Virus record (IMG/VR): IMGVR_UViG_2858943916_000002
Location: 26,186 to 90,185 of that record
DNA length: 64,000 nucleotides
Direction: 5' to 3' (one strand)
From: a virus
Lineage: Duplodnaviria > Caudoviricetes
The position numbers and the translations under genes are program-made. Under the pieces are notes generated by a model. It did no database searches, was not told the DNA's origin, and was given only the letters and a program-made list of their open reading frames with translations. Position 1 is the stretch's first letter; every line of letters begins with the position of its first letter. Of this stretch, positions 8,156 through 14,307 are shown piece after piece.

Positions 8156-11100
8156 TCGATATGCTCGAGTAAATCCCCTGCGGCAACACCCCGCTCCTCC
8201 GGCCCCTTACGGCATACACTGTTGGCTCTCACTCTGAACAGACGGGAGACGACCGACCATGAAGAAGTTAATAGTTGCGCTGAGGTATGAGCCATCCGTT
8301 GCGTTGCTCTTCGGGACGGCTGGCGTTGAATACCGCACAGATGGCGTTGTGGCTCCCGATGGGACGCAACTACCGGTGTGCCTATTACTCGTGGCATGCT
8401 CATCGGTTTCAGCCACGGACCATGGCCTTGTACGACTGGAAATTCGCCCAAGAGAGGGCGACCGAGCGCTTCCGTTCTCAGCGGTCTCAGTCCCAGCAGC
8501 ACTCCTTGCCTGGAGCATTGATTCAGGAAACGAGCGAGACTTCCCCGTGGGATTCCTACGTACCCAGGTCTAAGGCCGCGCATTGGCGTTGGGTGCAAGA
8601 GAACTTGATGCCGTAACAGATACCCGCTACTCTTGATAGTTACTTTTCTGTTACATCCAAGCGGAGTTGAAAGTGAATCAAGAGCAACACGAACTACTTG
8701 TCCAAGCTCATCAGCAAATGCTGAACCTTGCTCAAATAAACGAGGTGCAAATGAAGTTGAGCATGTCGATGCGAGAAGATCTGATGGCGGCGCAAATTGC
8801 CCTGCGCGCAGTGTGCGAAGTTCTTTCTCCCGAGGGAAAACGGCTTGCGGCTGAGCACATCCGGGAATTCGGGGAAGAGTTTCGGGATCGATTTGCAAAG
8901 GACCACCCAGACCGGGCGATTGACGGGTTCTCAATTGCAATAAATGCCTATATAGAAGGCTTGGGAGCCGCCCCCATCGCCGAGGGTGTGAAGTAGGACG
9001 CACGACAAAAGCGATTCGCCCATTCGCGCCTGCCAATCGCTGTTCAACTAGGAGATCGATTTGGATAACCCCGTCTATCGCTCCGCGATGGAAGGCCTGC
9101 AGGAAATGTATGGGCCTTTGTCTGGATGGCAAAGCAACGTAGGCGTTCGCACCAACACTTCGCCGAAGGGAAAAATCACCCTTTATCACGATCGAATCGC
9201 TTCCGGAAATAAGGCCGAGCTCGCGGTCGATCCTGAATCGATGGCCCGAGCGACCGGGCAAGGCGAAGACCAAGCCGAAGCTTTCATAAAACAACTGTCG
9301 CAGTTGACGGGGCGCGCCACCCTGACCCATGCAAGGTACAAATGGCCGCGGATCGGCTTGGCTGTGGACTCCGACGTGGAAGCAGTTTTGGAAGCTCTGC
9401 AAACTCTGTTCAATGAGGTGGCCTCGGACGCCCTCTCTTCGGATCCGTCGCCCAGCTACTGGTGGGTGAGCCACAACCAAATGCATCGCCGAGAGCTCAG
9501 CGGCGGCTACATCTGGTGTCCCCAGACCAAGAAAGGCGGCGGGGCGAGAGAAACCTGGACGAACGTATCTCGCGTGCGACGGGGAGACATCGTCTTTTCC
9601 TACGCAAAAACGAAGCTCCAAGCTGTTGGCGTTGCGCTTGGCGATGCACAGGAGGCAAGTGCTCCCAGCGAGGCGTATCACTCGTGGAACGATGCTGGAT
9701 GGCGCGTGACAATCCAGTGGGAATCCCTTGGATCCCCGTTGTCTCCCAAAGAGCATTGGGACGAAATCGGCGACCTTTTCCCTGCTGTCCATTCGCCACT
9801 GCGCGAGGATGGCGGCGGAAACATGACATACCTGGCGGCGTTGAGCGTGCCTCTGGGTTTGAAGCTGCTGGACCTGATCGGCATGACGGACGACGACGCC
9901 CTCGCGAACGTTGATCGGGAGATGGTCAAGGTGTCTGGCGTCGATAAGACCGAGGTTGAGCGGGTCTACCAAGCGCGTATAGGCCAAGGCACATATAGAA
10001 AGAACGTCATGTCCGTCGAACGCTACTGCCGCGTAACGGGTGTCAGCAATGTGGATCTGCTCATCGCGAGCCACATCAGGCCGTGGCGTCAAAGCTCGAA
10101 CCAACAACGCCTCGACGGCAACAATGGCCTGCTTCTCTCGCCTCACGTCGATAAGTTGTTCGACTCGGCCTGGATATCGTTTTCCGATCAGGGAGAGATC
10201 CTGGTTGCCAGCGGAGAGGTCAGAGAGGTGCTCATCGCCTGGGGCATTGACCCAGACATGAACGTAGGGCAATTCAATGAGGACCAAGAAAAATACTTGG
10301 CCTACCATCGAGACGTCCTTTTCTCGGAAAAGGCTAAGCAACCAGAAGAATGAGCGATCGGCCTCAATCGCAATCAGAAGAATCCACAAAGCACCTTGGA
10401 TTGAACCTGGCTGAGTTCGTACGTAATCCCACCAACCTTCACTAGACTCCCTGCAGGGAGCTTCCACATACGCAGCGATTAATCGGGAGATTTGGTCAGA
10501 ATGGCCCTCTACTTTTTGAGCTACGACTTGCGCAAATCCCGCAACTACCAACCGCTGTACGATGAACTGGCAAAGCTCGATGCCACTCGGGTCCTGGAAT
10601 CCCTTTGGGCGTTCAAACTCGCCGACACCAATTGCACATACGTTCGGGACTATTTCCGTCAATTTATCGATGCAGACGATGGGTTGATCGTGACCCAAGC
10701 TGTCGACTGGGCAACTTGGAACACGGATAAAGCCCCACCCAACACATAAGTCACGCCGTGCAGGAGGTAGCACCGCGCCCTCCTCCTGCCGGTCTAACGC
10801 CCGCGCCGCCTGTTCTAGATCAAGATGCGCATACTCAACTGGCGCCAATTTGACTTGGTCGGACACGTCGGGACGAATCCGCAACCTAGAATTGCCAACC
10901 AATTTGGCGGCCAGTTCCAGCCATATATGATCGGGATTCCCCAACCCCAACCATATGTGGAAGGAACTGACCATGGACCCGCAAGTAAGAGGACAATTGG
11001 CGACAATCACCTTCGCGCTTGGCAAACTCATCCGCTCGACCAGCCGTACCGCCGAACAGAGGCAAGACGAGGTGGAGCGGCTGCGGAGCTGGGCGGACCA

Positions 11101-11211
11101 CCAGCTCAAAGAGGCATATCGCGCGGGCGCAGATTCTGCCGGCCTCACGCCGGAGCAACAAGCCTTCCTGTCAGGAGTCCACGACACCGTAGACCAGTTG
11201 GCATGGCTCAT
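8152..11211 (-). CDS. 1019-codon antisense bridge ORF across five plus-strand cargo genes
   Basis: Stop-free in the ORF track; ATGA overlaps at both ends (11208-11211, 8152-8155); product has no recognisable motifs. Confidence 0.35.
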   Translation of the reverse strand: MSHANWSTVSWTPDRKACCSGVRPAESAPARYASLSWWSAQLRSRSTSSCLCSAVRLVERMSLPSAKVIVANCPLTCGSMVSSFHIWLGLGNPDHIWLELAAKLVGNSRLRIRPDVSDQVKLAPVEYAHLDLEQAARALDRQEEGAVLPPARRDLCVGWGFIRVPSCPVDSLGHDQPIVCIDKLTEIVPNVCAIGVGEFERPKGFQDPSGIELCQFIVQRLVVAGFAQVVAQKVEGHSDQISRLIAAYVEAPCRESSEGWWDYVRTQPGSIQGALWILLIAIEADRSFFWLLSLFREKDVSMVGQVFFLVLIELPYVHVWVNAPGDEHLSDLSAGNQDLSLIGKRYPGRVEQLIDVRREKQAIVAVEALLVRALTPRPDVARDEQIHIADTRYAAVAFDGHDVLSICALAYTRLVDPLNLGLIDARHLDHLPINVREGVVVRHADQVQQLQTQRHAQRRQVCHVSAAILAQWRMDSREKVADFVPMLFGRQRGSKGFPLDCHAPSSIVPRVIRLAGSTCLLCIAKRNANSLELRFCVGKDDVSPSHARYVRPGFSRPAAFLGLGTPDVAAAELSAMHLVVAHPPVAGRRIRREGVRGHLIEQSLQSFQNCFHVGVHSQADPRPFVPCMGQGGAPRQLRQLFYESFGLVFALPGRSGHRFRIDRELGLISGSDSIVIKGDFSLRRSVGANAYVALPSRQRPIHFLQAFHRGAIDGVIQIDLLVEQRLAGANGRIAFVVRPTSHPRRWGRLPSLLYRHLLQLRTRQSPGLGGPLQIDPETLPRIPGCAQPQAVFPREKELRTLRAGQFAPPSDLLASTCSTSFAPRLFEQGSAFADELGQVVRVALDSLSTPLGCNRKVTIKSSGYLLRHQVLLHPTPMRGLRPGYVGIPRGSLARFLNQCSRQGVLLGLRPLRTEALGRPLLGEFPVVQGHGPWLKPMSMPRVIGTPVVASHREPQRHLCGIQRQPSRRATQRMAHTSAQLLTSSWSVVSRLFRVRANSVCRKGPEERGVAAGDLLEHIE
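8259..8573 (+). CDS. Hypothetical protein (cargo)
   Basis: 104-aa ORF with GGGAG upstream. Confidence 0.6.
   Translation: MKKLIVALRYEPSVALLFGTAGVEYRTDGVVAPDGTQLPVCLLLVACSSVSATDHGLVRLEIRPREGDRALPFSAVSVPAALLAWSIDSGNERDFPVGFLRTQV
8667..8996 (+). CDS. Hypothetical helical/coiled-coil protein (cargo)
   Basis: GGAG SD (GTG 8673 is an alternative start); Q/E-rich helical pattern. Confidence 0.6.
   Translation: MKVNQEQHELLVQAHQQMLNLAQINEVQMKLSMSMREDLMAAQIALRAVCEVLSPEGKRLAAEHIREFGEEFRDRFAKDHPDRAIDGFSIAINAYIEGLGAAPIAEGVK
9061..10353 (+). CDS. EVE/PUA-like plus HNH endonuclease (modification-dependent restriction, VcaM4I-like) with an extra N-terminal domain
   Basis: YWWVS..Q....E..GGYIW.P and GDIVFS (EVE-like); R.GQG.YR, CRVTG, LIASHIRPW, RLDG.NGLLL.PH.D.LFD (HNH); TTG start with AGGAG. 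Confidence 0.82.
   Translation: MDNPVYRSAMEGLQEMYGPLSGWQSNVGVRTNTSPKGKITLYHDRIASGNKAELAVDPESMARATGQGEDQAEAFIKQLSQLTGRATLTHARYKWPRIGLAVDSDVEAVLEALQTLFNEVASDALSSDPSPSYWWVSHNQMHRRELSGGYIWCPQTKKGGGARETWTNVSRVRRGDIVFSYAKTKLQAVGVALGDAQEASAPSEAYHSWNDAGWRVTIQWESLGSPLSPKEHWDEIGDLFPAVHSPLREDGGGNMTYLAALSVPLGLKLLDLIGMTDDDALANVDREMVKVSGVDKTEVERVYQARIGQGTYRKNVMSVERYCRVTGVSNVDLLIASHIRPWRQSSNQQRLDGNNGLLLSPHVDKLFDSAWISFSDQGEILVASGEVREVLIAWGIDPDMNVGQFNEDQEKYLAYHRDVLFSEKAKQPEE
10501..10749 (+). CDS. Stand-alone Cas2/VapD-like small protein
   Basis: N-terminal strand YFLSYDL with an acidic D, Y..L..EL helix, ES.W, D.DD.L; 82 aa; no array nearby. Confidence 0.6.
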   Translation: MALYFLSYDLRKSRNYQPLYDELAKLDATRVLESLWAFKLADTNCTYVRDYFRQFIDADDGLIVTQAVDWATWNTDKAPPNT

Positions 11212-11293
11212 CGACTCCCCCGTTTACCCTCAGGGCCAAACGAGCGGTACATCCGCTCCGCGCAACGACGATCCCAGTCCTCCTGATCTCTGA
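10973..11293 (+). CDS. Hypothetical helical protein (cargo)
   Basis: SD GGAAGGA before ATG 10973 (MDPQVRG...). Confidence 0.65.
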   Translation: MDPQVRGQLATITFALGKLIRSTSRTAEQRQDEVERLRSWADHQLKEAYRAGADSAGLTPEQQAFLSGVHDTVDQLAWLIDSPVYPQGQTSGTSAPRNDDPSPPDL

Positions 11294-11363
11294 CGTCGCG
11301 GGTGTATCGGCGCAGCGCGGGCGTAATTAACCAGAGCAAGGCGCGGGCATACAGTTCACGCAT
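11208..11363 (-). CDS. 51-aa phage protein MRELYARALLWLITPALRR...
   Basis: Translated manually; 8-nt overlap with the upstream stop and ATGA overlap with the 1019-codon ORF. Confidence 0.6.
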   Translation of the reverse strand: MRELYARALLWLITPALRRYTRDVRDQEDWDRRCAERMYRSFGPEGKRGSR

Positions 11364-11712
11364 GGCAGCCCCCACTCGCGTCGGTATCTGGCGACTGCTC
11401 TTTGAACTTGCGCTCCCAGCCGATCACGAGGTAGCCAAACGGTCGGCTCCACTCCGTCACACCGGCTGGCGGGACCGCGCCAGGAATGATCTCGGCCAAC
11501 TCATATGTGAACCGCCCTGCGACATCGCCAACGGGTCGAAAGGTGGCATAGCCAATGTGGTTGCCGGCGCCATCACGTAGGCGCATGCCCAAGAGCGTCG
11601 GAGCTTCAGGGCGCATTTTTGGCCCCTCAAGCACCAGTCGAACGCCACCGCGGCCCGCAGGCTCGAGCCAGGCGTTGATATCGAGGTCAGCGTAGGTTCG
11701 GAATTCACGCAT
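11356..11712 (-). CDS. Hypothetical phage protein (MREFRTY...)
   Basis: Strong SD AAGGAG before ATG 11712. Confidence 0.65.
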   Translation of the reverse strand: MREFRTYADLDINAWLEPAGRGGVRLVLEGPKMRPEAPTLLGMRLRDGAGNHIGYATFRPVGDVAGRFTYELAEIIPGAVPPAGVTEWSRPFGYLVIGWERKFKEQSPDTDASGGCHA

Positions 11713-11968
11713 TGGAGGCTCCTTGCTGCGAATGGGCGCCCTGCCCCTTCCCCTTAAACTGGCTGCTCTCACACAAACCATCCTTGGGAAAGGAGCTGGG
11801 CATGGAAAAAACGGCGCGGCAGCAGTTCGACGACCTGCTGAAGGAATCGCACTTCTTCAACGATTCGATCAACACGGCAAAGCGAGCCGCTGGATACGCG
11901 GCCGGGCAAATCCTCGGCGCCCTCATCGAAGGGGATGTCACCATGTACGAAAAGCTCAAGCGACTCAT
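11705..11968 (-). CDS. Antisense bridge ORF B across cargo 11802..12143
   Basis: ATGA start overlap at 11965-11968 and ATGCGTGA end overlap at 11705-11712. Confidence 0.4.
   Translation of the reverse strand: MSRLSFSYMVTSPSMRAPRICPAAYPAARFAVLIESLKKCDSFSRSSNCCRAVFSMPSSFPKDGLCESSQFKGKGQGAHSQQGASNA
11733..11806 (+). promoter_or_regulatory. 74-bp cargo promoter/RBS element shared with prophage 2 (54521..54594)
   Basis: 67/74 identical by manual alignment; TAAACT -10-like hexamer, AAAGG(A/G)G SD and ATG. Confidence 0.65.
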
Positions 11969-12143
11969 GGCCGAAGACTTCCAGCGAGACTCGGACCAAG
12001 GCCCGAGCCTGGACAGTGCAGCTCGGCTGGTGCTCCATGGAATTCAGCAGGGACTCGATTCGGTTGCGCGTCCAAGCGCGCGGCTGCAGCAGACGCGGCA
12101 GCGTTCGGCCGCGCGGTCGCCGGGGAACCCAGCCGCCGACTGA
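11802..12143 (+). CDS. Hypothetical protein (cargo)
   Basis: Starts at the ATG of the shared element (MEKTARQQF...). Confidence 0.65.
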   Translation: MEKTARQQFDDLLKESHFFNDSINTAKRAAGYAAGQILGALIEGDVTMYEKLKRLMAEDFQRDSDQGPSLDSAARLVLHGIQQGLDSVARPSARLQQTRQRSAARSPGNPAAD

Positions 12144-12243
12144 TCGCTACCATCACCAGCGCACGTTGCATGGCGCGCCTGATCTGCGGCGGCCCGAAAG
12201 CCTTGGCGCCCTTCTCGCGCCCATATCCAGCCCGATTACGCAT
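11965..12243 (-). CDS. Post-cro ORF A / antisense bridge
   Basis: ATGCGTAA overlap with the cro stop; stop overlaps the ORF B start. Confidence 0.45.
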   Translation of the reverse strand: MRNRAGYGREKGAKAFGPPQIRRAMQRALVMVAISRRLGSPATARPNAAASAAAARLDAQPNRVPAEFHGAPAELHCPGSGLGPSLAGSLRP

Positions 12244-12523
12244 GGCTTGGCTCCTGCGGCGCGGCCGCGGCCAGCTCCGGCCAGAGACGCCCGTAGTCAT
12301 TGGGCCGCAAGTCCTGGCGGCGGCATTCGCCATCGGTGATCAATTCAATGTCCGCAGCGATAAGGCCGGCGAGCTTATAGCCGTAAGCGACCTGGCGGAG
12401 GTATCCCACCGACGTGCCACGTTGGCGACAGCGTGCCTGCGCTTCCAGCTTGGGGGTCTTCCTCAACCACTGGAGCAAAGGCTCCACTGGCACTCTTGTT
12501 CGGGATAAGGGTTGTTGACTCAT
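12236..12523 (-). CDS. cro: Cro-like transcriptional regulator (YdaS-type)
   Basis: GTSVGYLRQVAYG HTH, ...DLRP.D...WPEL tail, divergent from the repressor. Confidence 0.85.
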   Translation of the reverse strand: MSQQPLSRTRVPVEPLLQWLRKTPKLEAQARCRQRGTSVGYLRQVAYGYKLAGLIAADIELITDGECRRQDLRPNDYGRLWPELAAAAPQEPSHA

Positions 12524-12532
12524 CCTAAAACA

Positions 12533-12594
12533 TTACCGCAGGGTAATTATTTTGACAAGAAAAATTTACCCCTGGGTTGTTTACCTGCGGGTAG
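12533..12594. promoter_or_regulatory. OR operators of prophage 1 (three TTACC-N4-GGTAA sites)
   Basis: ttaccgcagggtaa 12533, ttacccctgggttg 12566, ttacctgcgggtag 12581; TTGACA at 12552. Confidence 0.8.
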
Positions 12595-12616
12595 CTGTCA
12601 GGCAACACTTCACACC

Positions 12617-12994
12617 ATGGAAATTGACGATATCTACGCAGTCCGCCTTCAGCGCTTTCGGACCCTGATGGACGACCGGTTCGGCGGCAAACAAGCCGCG
12701 ATCGCTACTGCGGTTGGCAAGCCAGCCAACTATGTTTCCCGCATCATCAGCGGGAATAAAAAGCTGGGCGAAGAAATCGTCCGGGAATTCGAGACATCCC
12801 TGGACCTTCCCGCGTATTGGTTTGACGGGCTAACCGATACAACGGCATGGCCCTTCCCTAGCGTCAGCCGAGCGGCGTATGAGTCGCTTACGCCCGAACA
12901 ACGCCGTGGCATCGAACAATGGGTTGCTAGGCAAGTGGAAGCATTCGGCGACACGCACACGCCGGGCGCGGGTAACTCCAAAAAGAGCGCCTAG
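12617..12994 (+). CDS. cI: CI-like repressor, HTH only (125 aa, no S24 peptidase domain)
   Basis: RLQRFRTL...KQAAIATAVGKPANYVSRII...REFE..L.LP.YWFD; divergent from cro. Confidence 0.8.
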   Translation: MEIDDIYAVRLQRFRTLMDDRFGGKQAAIATAVGKPANYVSRIISGNKKLGEEIVREFETSLDLPAYWFDGLTDTTAWPFPSVSRAAYESLTPEQRRGIEQWVARQVEAFGDTHTPGAGNSKKSA

Positions 12995-13022
12995 GCGTCG
13001 ACCGACGGCTGCATCAACGACT

Positions 13023-13310
13023 TCAGTCTACGTAGATCGGTTCCCCTGCAAGGGTAGGCTCGCGCTGCTGCGCAGCCGCGTCCTGAATTGCGTACCGCAA
13101 TTGAACGATCTCCCTGCGCGTCAGAAAATCTGGCATCCCAATCGTGGCCAACAGCGCCAACGGGCCGAGCACCACTCCCCATAAGAACCAGCACGCTCCG
13201 CATGCCCCTTTGGCATTGGCGATGTGATGCGCCAGGAATGCTGAAACGAACCAGGAGGCCACCAATAGGATGGCCCAGATCGAAGTAAGCAGAAACGCCA
13301 ACACCGTCAT
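13023..13310 (-). CDS. Small membrane protein in the immunity region
   Basis: Two hydrophobic segments, WFLWGVVLGPLALL; GGAGAG SD. Confidence 0.65.
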   Translation of the reverse strand: MTVLAFLLTSIWAILLVASWFVSAFLAHHIANAKGACGACWFLWGVVLGPLALLATIGMPDFLTRREIVQLRYAIQDAAAQQREPTLAGEPIYVD

Positions 13311-13426
13311 CTCACTCTCCTTGGAAGCTGAACCGCCAATGGGGAGCTAATCGTAACAGATTGATTCTTAAATCTCGTTCTATCTCCTAGACGCGGAAAG
13401 GGTCCTACTTTCGCTTCCCGCCAAGA

Positions 13427-13465
13427 TTACCTACAGGTATTCCTATAATATTTACCTACAGGTAA
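13427..13465. promoter_or_regulatory. OL operators / PL of prophage 1
   Basis: ttacctacaggtat 13427 and ttacctacaggtaa 13452 flanking TATAAT. Confidence 0.8.
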
Positions 13466-13482
13466 TTTTTTAGGAGACCACC

Positions 13483-13830
13483 ATGGAAGTTACCCAAACC
13501 GTCAGCGCATGGCTGACGCCCACCAGCCTGACCTCGCCCGACGAGATCACCGATCCGAACAAGGTCCGCCTCGGCGACCTGTCCTACACCAACCTGGACA
13601 TGACCGAGTGCGGCTACACGCTGATCGGCAAGGCCCGCATCACCCTGGCACTGCCTGACCGCGAACGACTGATCGATTCCAAGGTGGCGTCGATGCGAGC
13701 GGAAGTGAAGAAGATCCGCGCCGAGGCCGAAGCGAAGGCCTGCCACATCGAAAACCAGATCAGCAACCTGCTGGCGATCGAGCTCAGCCCGGCGCCGGCA
13801 TCTGAATCTGACCGCACCGAGGGGAACTGA
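13483..13830 (+). CDS. Phage hypothetical protein, first early-left gene
   Basis: GGAGACCACCATG start; C-terminal coiled coil. Confidence 0.75.
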   Translation: MEVTQTVSAWLTPTSLTSPDEITDPNKVRLGDLSYTNLDMTECGYTLIGKARITLALPDRERLIDSKVASMRAEVKKIRAEAEAKACHIENQISNLLAIELSPAPASESDRTEGN

Positions 13831-13831
13831 C

Positions 13832-14209
13832 ATGTCGAACATGTCTATTCCTACCCCATGCGGCACGGCCGCGATCCTTCGCCCCTACAACGACGAGGAA
13901 CGCCGCGCAGAGCTGATGCAAGACCTTGGCGGCGACGTGCATTTGGCGCTGTGCCGCGATCAGTTGATCCACCGCGAATACGACTTCAGCCAGCGCGCCG
14001 CCGAAGCGCTCTACGCCGCGACCGAAGGCAATCAGCTGGCCGAGGACGCATTCGCACTGGTGGTGCGCTCGGCCGTGGCACGGGATCCGCTGGCGGTGGT
14101 GGGGCTTCTCTTCCGCCAGTGGCTTGACCTGGCGGTCCGGCAACTGACCGCGGATCTTGCGGACCGGTGCGAAGACGGCCAGCGCGTGACCTTCGGGGCC
14201 CGCCAATGA
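13832..14209 (+). CDS. Phage hypothetical protein
   Basis: Tightly packed in the PL operon. Confidence 0.7.
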   Translation: MSNMSIPTPCGTAAILRPYNDEERRAELMQDLGGDVHLALCRDQLIHREYDFSQRAAEALYAATEGNQLAEDAFALVVRSAVARDPLAVVGLLFRQWLDLAVRQLTADLADRCEDGQRVTFGARQ

Positions 14210-14307
14210 CCGCCCTGCTCCTCTTCATCCTGGGTGGCCTGTGCGCCGCCTATCCCCTGGGCCTGCTCGGGGATGCCTGGATGGCCTACCGGCGGAGGTC
14301 TGCATGA
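14206..14307 (+). CDS. 33-aa hydrophobic microprotein (homolog of 58977..59078)
   Basis: MTALLLFILGGLCAAYPLGLLGDAWMAYRRRSA; ATGA overlaps at both ends. Confidence 0.65.
   Translation: MTALLLFILGGLCAAYPLGLLGDAWMAYRRRSA

Noticed and set aside
10353-11000. CRISPR array near the Cas2-like gene
   Set aside because: No regularly spaced direct repeats and no cas1 or other cas genes.
10825-11286. 153-aa plus-strand ORF as the real gene
   Set aside because: The overlapping frame starting at 10973 has a clear SD and a more protein-like sequence.
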